64,000 nucleotides of DNA from Spizellomyces punctatus DAOM BR117 (Eukaryota), in NCBI GenBank assembly GCA_000182565.2, contig KQ257450.1; one strand, 5' to 3'. This document shows positions 13,705-26,605 of this stretch, piece after piece. The notes under the pieces were generated by a model. It searched no databases. It was not told where the DNA came from and worked only from the letters and a program-made list of their open reading frames with translations. The position numbers and the translations under genes were made by a program. Within the stretch, counting starts at the first letter, position 1; each line of letters begins with the position of its first letter.

Positions 13705-16700
13705 TTATGTAACATCGGCTGAGGAAACTCGTGGGTGTGATGCAGGTGGTGGATTTGGCGGGTCGGCTTGGAACGCATCCACGGCTTTTGCAACAAGAGC
13801 TTCCAGGTCCTAAAGCAAAACTGATTAGGGCTAGAACAATAGTATAATCAGAAGAGACAAAGCTTACCGCTTGCATTGTGTTCAGCATCTGCTCGACCTC
13901 CTTGTATTTTTCCAACACAATTGCACTGTCATCAGCAATGTCCTCTCGTGATGATTCTGGATCATGACTTGATGAAGTATTTGCTATTTGCGGCGTTCCT
14001 AAACGCCCCTCTGATGGGTTTCCTACATCCGGTACGGCCGGTACGGCCGGTTCTGCTGGTGATGCATCTGCAGGCTCGTCTGGTACGCCTTCCGAGGCGC
14101 TTGTGAACGAGTCAAAGGAGCTTTGTGAGGTGTTGGCAGACTCCTCCGGTTGTTTTGAGTCAACAGCTGGTTGGCGGCGGGTGCTTTGGAGGGATTCTTC
14201 TAGGTCGGCCTGTAATGTGTTGTAAACGTCGCTCAGGGACACGCTCGCTGTTGATCCTTTCCGAACATTCTTTCGTGCTGTGGTAGAGTCCATTGAGACG
14301 GTTCGTGGACGGAGTATCTCATTCAGTCCACAGTCATCGTACGGTCTTGGTAACACGGCGAGCTCTGGCACGGCTGCTTTAGAAGACCCTCGTGGAGGAA
14401 TTGGGATTGTCTCTCGCAAACGCGCCTCCAGACTCCGCAACTTTTGTACATCAGCTCCTTTCAGTATCTCTTCCAGATATTCCTCCATTGTTTCAAAGTT
14501 GGCTCGACTTGATCGGACAGGGTTGACTGTAATGCTGGCCCGGCTGGCTTTGGTTGTACCGTTTCCTTGTATCGCAGAATTAACAGCCTCGCCGTCCAGC
14601 GGAGAGACTGTGCCGTTAGTGGTAGGCTTACCAGCAGCAGTAGCAGCGGTGCCGGTTGGTGACATTGACTTTACGCTAGACGATTGTGTTTGTAGCTGGA
14701 CGTTTTCTAGTATTGGTACCGCTTGTCGAGTCTGGGGTTCTCCTTGTCGTAGAGCATCAGGTGGCGATAGATCGGGTGGGGATGAATACGTCGACTTGGA
14801 ATTTATCGTCGTTTCAATTGAAGGATTGTCTTTTGCAGGAGGAGTGGGCGGTGTCTCCCTGACACTATGCAAAGTCGAATTCTTCTTCGAAGGCGGTGGT
14901 TCCGAAAAGCTTGCATTGCTGTCCAGTCTCATCAGCGTTGCCTGCGCAATGACACCCGGGTCATAGCGTAAGGAACTCGCACGGGCGTTGACCCGTGGTG
15001 GTGGGGTTGCCTTGCTTGGTAGGACCGAAGGCGGTTGAGGAGCTTCATTCAAAATTCGACCTATCAAGCTGGTAGTATCATAGAAGTCTGAGTGAGTGAT
15101 TTCTTTGACGATCATCTGGTCGCTCGTTTCCTTTCGTAGCGGTGAGAGCTGTCGTTGTTCTACCGACAGACTATCTGAGCTGTCATTTCGTGATCGCATG
15201 GGGGAGTTGCTGGATGTTACGCTACTGGTGTCAATACTGTCAGTAGAGAGCTGCGGAGATACTCGCAAATCTGGCATTCCACCAGCAGCAGGCAACTCCT
15301 CCAGAAAGGCGGGCTTCGAACTCAGAATGCTCTGAATGTCGTCCAACAAGGAAGTTCCAAGGTTTGTGTCCACCGAAGAAGCCAGAGAAGGAGCGGGTGC
15401 AGTGCCTTGCCCGGTCCATTCTTTCCGTAGAACAAAATCAATTTCTTCTGCAGTGCCTTCTGCCATCATCAGGATCGGATAGACGCGCTCTGTATCTTCT
15501 CGCATTATTTCTTAACAACAAATTTGCTGTCAGACCGGCTAAGGTTTCAGAAGGAGGAGGATACAGATAGCAGATACGAACCTTGTCCTTTGAAGATAGA
15601 GTGCAGGGTGTACTTGTAGGAAGAGCTTGATCGTATCTTAAACTTTTTCAAGGCCATGTCAATAATTTCGCCGACTGTGACATTGCTATTCACGCCAATG
15701 GTCTTGTAGGTGCGCATCTTTCCAGTTGGGTCCGACTCGTCGTACATAAAGATACGAATCAAGTGATAATTCTTCTCAAAGAGGTTGAGCTTCTTGTTAA
15801 TTATCACTTTGATAATGTTGTCGTCCGTCATACGAACACTGCTGATACCACCAGTGCTATTGACGACATGAGAGACGGAGGCAGAGTCCCCAACACCAGG
15901 TAAACCCTTATGGCGGAGCTCCTCCAGTACATTGAAGACATTATCATTTTCTCCCAGCCGTTTCTCCTCTGTAACACAGAAGTCTTAGAAAGGGCCACGG
16001 CTTCATCGCATACTATTTGATACGTACGTGAATCCATGTGAAGCACGCTCACATAATATTCGTTCGGAGTCGCTCCAGGTACGCGAAATCGCCGCAAAGC
16101 TACCGCAAGCAATTCCGATGCCGTCAACGATTTCGTCAGATTCACGGTTTTGAAGGTTGCTTTCAGGTCAACATTTCCGGCGTAAATTCGGAGTACATTA
16201 ATTGGCTCCTACGAGATGGTTATACATTAGCTGATTTTAACACAATCTAAAGCGTTGTTATCTCACCTTATTCAGCTCCTCATTCGATGGTGCTCTTCGG
16301 GTCTCCACCACCACGGGCCGCTCTAGTGAGCGAGCGGCATTTGCTACTTCCTTGGCCTTCTTGCTACCCGTGCGCGATAGCAATTTCTATTCGAGAGATG
16401 AACAATGTTCAGACCACGAAATGGCACACTCTGCATTCAATCCAACATTTTCAACATATAAACTGCCCCATCTGCATACCGTCAAGAAATTGCGACTAAG
16501 AGAGTTGTGATTTGACTTTTGTTGTCGAGGAATAGTGCCCATTTCTGGAGCGTCAAACTCATCAGACAGGTCATCATCGTCACTAGCATCGATGTATTCT
16601 ACAAAGTCTTCCGGAAAGACGATATTCCGTCGCTTTCCAGTTTGGGACGGCGGTGGCGGTTCTAGATCCTCTTCCTGTACAGTGGTGACGGACACGTTTC

Positions 16701-17150
16701 GCATTTTATTCAGACGAGCCAGGCGCTCAAATGGAGTCTAACGGAATGATGTTGCTTTTTCGTAAGAAGACAAGCGGAATCAGTTGTAAGAGAAGACTAC
16801 ACAAATGTACCTCGACATTCTCCGCGGGTATATAGCCAATCTATTGGATGTTGGAATAAGGTAAGAACGTAGGCAAACTCTGGTTCAGATTGCTCTCTTG
16901 ATATGGTTCCAGCACGTACCTCATCTGTTTTGATGCATTTCACCAGCCACCAATACGAATTTGAGTCGTCCAACAGCTCCAACGAGTCTCCTTTAAGGAC
17001 GCATACTTGGCCCTCCAAATTCGCAACAAAGGTATGAAGTGCATAGACCAATCCAAAGTCTATCGGTTCGTCTGGGTCTATTATATCTGGTGATTCAATG
17101 TCATATTCGTCGTCCGTGTCCCCGTCCGAACCCTGTCCATTGAACCCCAT
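13705..17150 (-). CDS. SH3 and Ras-association domain polarity protein, Tea4/Bud14-like
   Basis: IDFGLVYALHTFVANLEGQV..LLDDSNSYWWLVK..IGYIPAENV, TPFERLARLNKMRN, RVxF-like RRNIVF, two RA-like segments, long disordered tail. Confidence 0.85.
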
Positions 17151-17302
17151 TGTGCGCGGCCCGGCTCGACACCGCGCTTGTTTACAGGGCGAATTCTTTT
17201 ATTTTCTGGCAGGATGAGTGAAAGATACGGCAGTGACTCGTGCCTCTGCTTTCTTCCGTGTGCTGGCTACCTTGAGGCTAGACGAGGATTGTGCGGACGC
17301 AA

Positions 17303-17457
17303 GTGTCCTAGCGAGAAACTATTGAAACCACAGTGTTGTCTTTGCAGAACCCGAATTTGCAAGTGTACAATATGTGTAAAGGCGTCAAGTGTACTGGTAG
17401 CGAGCGTGTCCTAAGGCTATTGCTGGTCCTTGCAGAACCCGGAATTTGCAAAAGTGT
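17303..17457. repeat. Imperfect direct repeat, two units (17303-17366, 17405-17457), each ending in the mini-palindrome TTGCAGAACCC(G)GAATTTGCAA
   Basis: Direct sequence comparison; lies in the divergent Tea4-like/RAD2 intergenic region. Confidence 0.7.
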
Positions 17458-17641
17458 TAAAATGTCGTTGCGGACCTTTTGGCGGGGTTTTTGGGTGTTT
17501 TCGTGTGGTAAAGGCAGAGAATCAAGCGAGTGTTTAAAGACGACCTTGACCAACAATGGTCACAGGTCGCTCGTATGTGAAGCAAGCACACGAGGGCGCG
17601 AAGCAGCGATAGCGTAAAGATCTCCAGCTGAAATGATTTCC

Positions 17642-17714
17642 TTGGGCGGCGGAGAGCCCGACGGAAAGGTGTAGCGCCGTGCTGGCCGGGGAGTTGGTTC
17701 AAACCGCCGCCCAA
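17642..17714. repeat. Perfect 11-bp inverted repeat TTGGGCGGCGG...CCGCCGCCCAA enclosing 51 nt
   Basis: Arms at 17642-17652 and 17704-17714. Confidence 0.85.
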
Positions 17715-18046
17715 ATATGGATAAATGAGACGCGCAGAACGAGATTTGAAAAGAAATGAGATGGAGATGGAAATGACAGCAAGAAGTCATGTTCAAAAGG
17801 TGTGCTACGGGGGCTACGGGAGCAAACGACGTTGTTGTGTTGCCAAGTTGACGACGACCTCCAAAAAGGATTTTGGAAAATGCAGCACATGGAGGAAGGT
17901 CGAAATCGGCCTACGATCACGTGCACATGATTGCAAAGCCAAGCGCTTGGCGGCCTTTTTGAACTGTTGACAATCTCTTTTCGTTTGCTTGGCCTGCTCG
18001 ATTGCGCAGCGCGGGCAAGTTCTTTTACGGACTTTGCAGCCCAAAC

Positions 18047-21000
18047 ATGGGTGTAAAAAGCCTATGGAAGCTGTTGGAACCAGCGGCAAAACCGAGGAGA
18101 CTCGAGACGCTTGCTGGCCAGAAACTGGCGATTGATGCAAGCATCTGGCTGCACCAGTTCCTCAAAGCCATGCGAGATAAAGAAGGCAATCTCCTAAAAG
18201 GGGCGCACATTGTCGGATTTTATCGCAGAATCTGCAAGCTGCTTTATTTCGGTATACGACCAGTGTTTGTGTTTGATGGTGACACTCCGGCGATGAAGAG
18301 GGTTGCATTGGTACACTTTGTTCCTTGTGATGATCTTGTAGTTTCAATTAGAGTTATCTGAACTATATCCATCTTCAGACTGAAAGGCGAAGGCGAAAAA
18401 CCACAGCAAAGAGCAATTTGGCACGGACGGCGCACAAAATCCTCTACAAGCGTCTCCAACTACAAGCACTACAAAAGTCAAAGGCCGATGAGACAACCAG
18501 GTTCGGTGAATTGCCCTTGGTGGAGACTATTGTTCTCAATTAATAAACATTAATTGTCATGTCAAAAAGTGCACCAGCGGCTCTTGAAAGCACTTTGCTG
18601 CGTTCAGACGCGTTGCAAGAGCTTCCCCAAGACGTTCGATACGTAGATCAGACGGAAGATGCACATGTCACGCCACCTGCACCTGCCCCACAAAGCAATA
18701 ATCCTCGAAGCTCTAATCGCAAGGGGAAACGGGATGAATACGAACTTCCAGAGGAAGTCGAAGAGTGGGTACTGTTCGTGCTTGAAAGTATGAAGGTTTC
18801 CCTGCGTGCAATGTCTCATGTCCTGTAAATTTAGAGTGAGCACTGCCGCGTTCGTTGATCATCGGTTTGTTACCGAGGAGGAAATGCGAGATTTTATCAA
18901 TAATCATAAGAACGATGTGGACCTCTCGTCTGTTAATCTCGATGCTCAAGCTTTCAAAGACCTTCCTATTGAAACCCAACATGATATCGTAACTGAACTC
19001 AAAAATAGGTCACGGCAAGCGGACCACAGACGACTGGCGGGGCTGGTGAATGCTGCTCCCAATCCTATGGCTTTTTCTGCACTTCAGATAAAGCATCTCG
19101 TGAAACGCAATGATTTGACGGAGCGCCTACAGAACTTGGCAAAGAACGCTGGTGTCACGAGCAATCCCGGATTGAAAAAGTGGAAAGCAAAGAACGCGCG
19201 GCGCCCACAGCGTGTTGCAAGCGAGAGAGCTCGGGAATACATGCTAGTTAAGAATGCTGACACAGGTGGACATACCATCAAGCTGAATGCTCAACTAGAG
19301 AGAGGAGGGGCAGGGGGCTTTCAAAATGAGCCTAGTATAGCCCCCACTGTGATTAATCTAGTTGATGAGGATGGTGAGGTATCCGAGGAGACATCGGGTG
19401 AGGAAATTGAGCCCGATGTCGATGCTCGTATGGCATCCGTCAGGAGATTGCCCGCAAAGAAACAGTTGAAAAGAATCACTGCCAAGCAGCATCATACTAT
19501 CACTGCCGAGCATCATCATACTACCCCAGCAACCGAGGTAGACAGCGACGATGATGAAGAATTTGAGGAGATAACAGGTGAACTAGTGTATTGCGTAAAA
19601 GTTTAATTCGATGACCTGACATAGCCCGGTGATGCATCAGACATTCCAACCCCACCTTATACGGCATCCGCAGTATCGGGAATGGAGCAGGATACTAATG
19701 TGGATATGACAAGTCACGAAAAGGACCAGGACAAGTCTCTCCTTGCCAATTTTCAGGCATACCTTCCAGACAACCTCCCAATTGAAAAAATAATGGAGTA
19801 TTTCGCCACAGGACCACCGGAGGGCCCAACAGAAGATGGACCTTCTACCGACATGTACGAGGACGTACCACCACAGCCTGGGTGGGGTGGGCACCGTTCA
19901 TCTCCAGTGCCTGCCTGGCCTGACTCTGGTTTTCAACCTGAATCCTATGTTGGCAGAAGGGAGGTAGCCACTGAAGGTGGGTGGGACGCTCAACCAGCAA
20001 TGGATCCTGGTTGGACTGGTGAGAATACATGGGAAGAGAACAAATCTAATGCGTGGGGAAAGGATGTTGCGCTTGGGTGGAGTACAGAAGTGGAGAAAGA
20101 GGTTACTACGCTGCAGCTAGAAGAGAAACATTCATGGACGAAATCGGGCAATGACGATGAACAGGAGGGTGCATTTGTAGTTGAGGATGAAGCCCGCCAG
20201 CTGAGGGTCGAAGACGAGAATGTAGATGGGTGGGCTCGTTCACCCTTACGGAACACCCCTGACCCACTTGAAGACGGCCAGGTTACCTATCCAGAAACCA
20301 GCGTTGAAGAACAAAAACTTTTGACATANNNNNNNNNNNNNNNNNNNNNNNNNNNNNNNNNNNNNNNNNNNNNNNNNNNNNNNNNNNNNNNNNNNNNNNN
20401 NNNNNNNNNNNNNNNNNNNNNNNNNNNNCAGCGACGATGATGAAGAATTTGAGGAGATAACAGGTGAACTAGTGTATTGCGTAAAAGTTTAATTCGATGA
20501 CCTGACATAGCCCGGTGATGCATCAGACATTCCAACCCCACCTTATACGGCATCCGCAGTATCGGGAATGGAGCAGGATACTAATGTGGATATGACAAGT
20601 CACGAAAAGGACCAGGACAAGTCTCTCCTTGCCAATTTTCAGGCATACCTTCCAGACAACCTCCCAATTGAAAAAATAATGGAGTATTTCGCCACAGGAC
20701 CACCGGAGGGCCCAACAGAAGATGGACCTTCTACCGACATGTACGAGGACGTACCACCACAGCCTGGGTGGGGTGGGCACCGTTCATCTCCAGTGCCTGC
20801 CTGGCCTGACTCTGGTTTTCAACCTGAATCCTATGTTGGCAGAAGGGAGGTAGCCACTGAAGGTGGGTGGGACGCTCAACCAGCAATGGATCCTGGTTGG
20901 ACTGGTGAGAATACATGGGAAGAGAACAAATCTAATGCGTGGGGAAAGGATGTTGCGCTTGGGTGGAGTACAGAAGTGGAGAAAGAGGTTACTACGCTGC

Positions 21001-23334
21001 AGCTAGAAGAGAAACATTCATGGACGAAATCGGGCAATGACGATGAACAGGAGGGTGCATTTGTAGTTGAGGATGAAGCCCGCCAGCTGAGGGTCGAAGA
21101 CGAGAATGTAGATGGGTGGGCTCGTTCACCCTTACGGAACACCCCTGACCCACTTGAAGACGGCCAGGTTACCTATCCAGAAACCAGCGTTGAAGAACAA
21201 AAACTTTTGACATATGGCGAGCTTGAAATGAATGAGGCCGCGCAACACCGGGACGCTTCAAATACTCGCCTGAACGACGCAGTCCTCAAAGTTTTGACAG
21301 GCGCAATAACACCAGACGAAGCCTACAACGCTTGGCAGGATATTCTATCCGATGCCTTCACATCGGTATATCCGGACCACGAAAACATGCTCCGTTTAGC
21401 AGTATATGGATGGTCCGAAGAGGAAGTACAGGAAGAGCTGACCCATGTGAAGAAGCGACATGATAAAGCAGTTGAGGGAAGTATCTCTGCGCAGGCGCAT
21501 GAGTTGTGGACAAAAATTTTGGAGTATACACTGATTTGGCGGGAGGAGCGGAGCTCGAAGAATGAGACTGTTACGGTGGCACCAGCTGAAGCAGCCGGTT
21601 CAGACCATCTTTCGCCAATCGCGGAGAAATCGGTGATAGTGGCTGATCCAGATCACCCTCGACCAGATGATCGAGCGTCAACGACGGACATTCAAGTGCC
21701 CATAGATTTCTCGAAACTGCTACCACCTCGATCCCCCGAGCCGATCATTACAGATCGAATCGGGTTTCTGGCTAGAACGTCGCCGATGAAGCGTACTTTG
21801 ACCAGTAATGTGGCCAATGTCATCCAAAGCCCGAAAAGGTCCAGTGCAGATGTTCTCGGCTTTGCGTCGGATTCAGAGGACGAGGAGTTTCATTCACCTG
21901 CGATAAAGAAGCATAAAAGGCCGGATATAGTGGAAGGAATTATGGAAGCAGAAGTTGAGATGACGGAGGTTACGTCCGGGCTCTTGGCTGCGACAAAGGA
22001 GGCAGATGGAACGGCACCCGTCACCCCACCTCATACCAAGCCTATTGTCGAGCACGTGAATACACCGCCTAGCGAAGAAGAGCCCTCAAGGGTATCAGCT
22101 TATTCAACCACGCCGACAGAAACTGCATCTGTCAACCCTGCCATCCAACCTGGTCCCACCGCAGCGCAAGCCACAATCGATCTGAATGATGGATCTGATC
22201 TTTTTGAAGACGACGTTTACTTGAACAATGAAGATGAAGAGGTGGGCATTGACGTTCCAACTGAACTCAACGAAGAAAACGAAGAATATACTCGTTTCGT
22301 GTCTTCTCTATCAAACCAAACACCTGATGACGTTGCACGACGGCTAGAAAGCGAAATGATCAGCCTGAACAAGCAGAAACGAAAAGAAGAGGCTAGTGCA
22401 GTTGATATTGAAACTCAGCTCATTAGGGAAATTCAGGAGCTTCTTCGCATTTTTGGTCTTCCTTATATCGCTGCTCCAATGGAGGCTGAGTCTCAATGCG
22501 CCTGGCTGGTTCAAAACTCCCTTGTAGACGGCATCGTGACTGATGACTCTGACGTGTTCCTCTTTGGCGGCACGATGATTTACAAGAACATGTTTAATCA
22601 GCAAAAATACGTGGAGGAGTATACCATGGACCGCCTGGAAGAGACCATGCTTTTGACTAGAGAAAAGTTGGTTCAGCTGGCCTATCTGTTGGGAAGTGAC
22701 TATACGGAAGGAATTGAAGGAATTGGACCTACGAGTGCCATGGAAATATTAACAATGTGGCGAGGGGAAGGGCTGGAGCCACTCCAAGGGTTTCGGGAGT
22801 GGTGGGAACGCGTTTTGAGAGGCGAAACTGATGTGGATGAGGAACCGATTCTGAGAAGACTGGTAAGTAACCTATACCATTTGCGAGCAGTTCTTCAGTT
22901 AACATCTTTACATTAATTTTTAGCGCAAACACTGCCAAAAGCTTGCCATCCCGTCGTCATTTCCAGACCCTCGAGTTCTGGACGCCTACTTTCATCCACA
23001 ACTCGATACTAACCCTACGGCCTTTACCTGGGGCCGGCCCGACTTGAATGCCCTTCGAGATTTCATGGAAGACAAACTGGATTGGAAGCAGCATCAAGTT
23101 GATCACATTATGATACCACTCATCAAGGAAATGGATCGAAATTTGAATGCAAAGAATCGACAAGCGCGTTTGGACAAGTTTTTCTCGGTGACGAGTACCA
23201 ACGTCCATGCTAGTGAGCGTGTTAGAGAGGTAGTGGAGGGATGGAAGGAAGGAGGTGGGAAGAGGAGAAAGGTGGAGAGTAAAAGAGGGAAGAAGACGGT
23301 CTCAAAGAGAGGCCGAGGCCGAGGCAGGAAATGA
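18047..23334 (+). CDS. RAD2: XPG/Rad2 nucleotide excision repair endonuclease, multi-exon, interrupted by an assembly gap
   Basis: MGVKSLW..LAIDASIWLHQF..RPVFVFDG (XPG-N); UBM-like FKDLPIETQHDIV; APMEAESQCA, TDDSDVFLFGG, LLGSDYTEGIEGIG (XPG-I, H3TH); PIP-like QARLDKFF; basic C-terminal NLS. Confidence 0.95.
19543..21214. repeat. Apparently identical 786-bp duplication (19543-20328 and 20429-21214) flanking a 100-N gap; probable assembly artifact
   Basis: Constant 886-nt offset; copy 1 ends and copy 2 begins exactly at the gap edges. Confidence 0.9.
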
Positions 23335-23428
23335 TACCTGTTTTTACACACCGTATATAGCACTTTTGTACATATGTGGGTAGTTCAAGTCTACCCTCAC
23401 CCTGCATGCATATTCATATTATCGCAAT

Positions 23429-24992
23429 TTAACTCCGGTAATCCGCATTAATACTAATATATCCATGACTAAAATCACAAGTGTACATTTTGGCTTCTTC
23501 GGATCCCAACCCAAGTTCAATCCTGACAATAATATCCTCGTTTTCCAAGATCGCCGCCGCCTTTTCTTCATCAACATCAAATGGCGCCCCGTCTTTGAAC
23601 AAATGGAGGAAATCGGATGTGGGGGACCCAACATACAAGTTGACTTTATTTGGTGTGATGGGGATACCGCTGTACCCGACAGCACACACAATGCGGCCCC
23701 AATTTGCATCTTTACCGTAGATGGCGGTTTTGACGAGCGGGGAAGTGGCAATGGTTGAGGCAATGGTTTTAGCTTCTGCAAAGCTCCGGGCAGACTGTTT
23801 CGGTTGTCGAGTTAGTCTTTTAGTATAAGGTGCGCGGGTATAAGAAACCCTTACCTTGACTTGAATTTCAACAAACTTTGTCGCTCCTTCACCGTCTCGC
23901 ACAATCAACTTTGCCAGTTCAGCAGCAAACGCAGTCAAGTTATCCCTAAACTCTACAAACTCTTTTGAATCCAGTTTATCAATCACGACACCAGATGCGC
24001 CATTCGCTAGGACGGTAAAGGTATCGTTCGTGCTCGTATCGCCATCGATACTGATGGCGTTGAAAGACCGATCGGCGGCGTATTTGGTGGCAGAGTCTAG
24101 GCAGGGTTTGCTGATTTTAACGTCAGTGAAGATGGCGCTGAGCATTGTGGCCATGTTGGGGTGAACTAGAGAAATGAGATGCGTTATTGTGGTACGCAAG
24201 AGAAATAGGAGAGCAATAATGTAACGCACTCATTCCAGCGCCTTTCGACCATCCAGCCATGCGGTAAGATCCACCTTTGGTTGTGAATTCCTGACTACGG
24301 AGTTTTGGGAATGTGTCGGTCGTCATGATACCTTCCGCAGCACCCAACCATGCATTGTGCGTGTCCTCGACGTGCTGGGACAAGTCTGTAATTCCAGCCA
24401 GGATCCGATCCATTTGAAGATGTTGGCCAATAACACCGGTGGACATGACAACTGTGCCAGCCTTGGAATCGTTTCCGGTTATCCCGACCACTTTATCCAC
24501 TGCCCGTGACATTTCCCATGCGTCTTTCAGTCCTTGGTCACCTGTACATGCGTTCGCACAGCCAGAGTTGACAACAAGGGCTTTAATGCTGCCCTTGTCC
24601 GCAGATCCACGGGAAGATACAATCTCACGGGACACTTGCACAGGGGCAGCAGCAAAGCTGTTTGTGGTGAAAACTGCTGAAGCCGTACATGCATGTTGGG
24701 GCGACACAATGAGCGTCAAGTCCTTCAACCCTTCTTTGCGTTTGACCCCAGTTGCCCATCCCCCAGCTTTCCATCCACGCGGGTATGTTCCCTCATATGG
24801 AATCAGATCCTGTCGCGGCCATGGGTTTCGGTTTCCAAGTGCAGGGTTTCCTGTCGTTGCATGTCGCTCTTTGTGGGCTTGGTAGAGCACACTGGGGAGT
24901 TGTCGAAAGAACGATATGCCGTCCCGGAGCGCGCTGGTCCCGGAGGAGATGGCTTGGGAAAGACCCCGTAAGCCTGGTGCTGCCACTATCAT
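23429..24992 (-). CDS. ARG7: Ornithine acetyltransferase / ArgJ (mitochondrial), multi-exon
   Basis: VVNSGCANACTG, MSTGVIG, IMTTDTFPK, SKGAGMI|HPNMATML (autocleavage Thr), DGDTSTND, RDGEGATK, DANWGRI, INADYRS. Confidence 0.96.
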
Positions 24993-25266
24993 GGGGAGTG
25001 GTTTCCAGTAAGAAAAAAGGTATGAATGGAAAAGCGAAATCGATTTGAAGGGCGTTTGGAGAGACGACGAAAGCGCGAACGGCAAAAGATCCGCCGGCAA
25101 GATCATCGGAGTCTGGATGACTCATTCAGCACGTTTTGTTTTTTGGCAACTCCAACGAAATTTAAAGAGATTTCTAAAAGAAAAACGAGCATCAAGAGTA
25201 GGGGGGGATATTAGAGCGCGGCGAGTCCAAGAAAGAGCATTACGGGCAAGCAGACGGTTATCGGAC

Positions 25267-26449
25267 ATGGAGGACGACGGGTTTACCCTGGTCAGCCATC
25301 GAAAAAAAGCGAGCCGCCCAAACCATCCTCACACATCTCACAAGCAACCACATTTGTCACCCTCTCCTTCCGGTTTTGCTTACAGACGTCAAAAGCAGCG
25401 GCATGCCATTACAAGAAAGCCAGAACCTTCAGTTTCGAGTGTAATGGGTGATTTGGAAACAAAGAGGTTCGTGTGGGCCTTGTCAAGTTCAGACAGGAGA
25501 ACTTATCGATATCGGGTTCCAAATTGATAGGGAGGCTATAAAGAAGAGCAAGTTCTATACCAAGCTTTGCGGTGGGTTTATATTCTTTCCAACATTGTCA
25601 CCATCATCGATGTACGTTCTAAAGTAGTCATGTCTTTCAGAGGCGCTTTTGCAACCCATCAATACTCTATCTTCTGGCTCATCCATTCGACCGCGAAACG
25701 TAGACTGCGTGTGTTATGGTGTCGGATCACCGGTTCGGTCAGCCACCTCCCAATACCAGCTTATGCTCTTGTTACTTCTCCGGGACGTGTTTGAGGTAAA
25801 AGACTCGACAAGAGAGGCCTGAATGTCGATTCAAGTAACTTGATGTTGTAAAGTGCTGTTGATGCTTACATTTCAATGCGCAAAGTAGCTTGAGGGAAGC
25901 TTGCATATATTCGATCCAGTGATGACAGAGTTGGACAAGCAAGTTGTAAAGTTGTTGGGATTTACCGTTATTGAACGGAATGAGGTATGGTTATTCATTC
26001 AGTTGTTGAACACGACCTTATTTTCGTTGTGAAATCACACTCAAATCATATTGACCACATCATCCGCCAACCAAAAGCGCGGTCTCCGACCAATAAAAAA
26101 CCCCACTGTCTTCTTCATGCCCCACTGTGGCCATACCCTCTACAGCAATGTTCTCCGATCCAATTGGACACAAGCCAAACTCTCCCGACTCATGATCATC
26201 GGAAATAGCTTTGAGGCGTACTCAATGATACAACTTTCGTCCGCACTGGAACGAAAAGCGCCGTTTCTCTGCAGGTCCTTGCAGGTCCTGGAGGAGTTAC
26301 CCTTCCCGCATCCTTTCTTGACTGGGGACGTGTTCAACAATACTAGTGCACATGTTTTTGATGTTGGAAAGATGGGTGTCGAAGAGAGGTTTTGGGAGGT
26401 GTCGTTGGACATGGAGAATGAAGACGCTGGGGACCCAGAAGTAGTGTAG
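25267..26449 (+). CDS. SRR1-like protein, multi-exon
   Basis: MEDDGFTLVS..KK N-terminus, CVCYGVGS, YQL, FDPV, PTVFFMPHC..LYSNVLRSNW, IIGNSF, VFNNTSAH. Confidence 0.88.
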
Positions 26450-26605
26450 ATAAATCTGCGACAGACAATTGGGGAATATTCGGGCCAGATGACAGTTAAC
26501 TAGATAGAATCATTATTTATGGAAGAATATATACATCAATATTACATGTTCAAACGTCCAAAGGCTATGCCTTTGGGAGGTTTTCTGCTTCCGACATGTC
26601 TGTCA

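Noticed and set aside
14280-14966. Long antisense ORFs (for example 14280-14966 + and 56745-57467 +)
   Set aside because: Shadow frames of real minus-strand coding exons with no independent motifs.
17642-17714. tRNA gene
   Set aside because: It has GGTTCAAA and tRNA-like length, but no D arm, anticodon arm or proper T stem.
19477-19524. 24-bp tandem duplication in RAD2 (TAKQHHTI/TAEHHHTT)
   Set aside because: Ordinary in-frame slippage in a disordered spacer.
19543-21214. Tandem exon duplication within RAD2/XPG
   Set aside because: The copies appear identical and abut a round 100-N gap on both sides, typical of unmerged overlapping contig ends.
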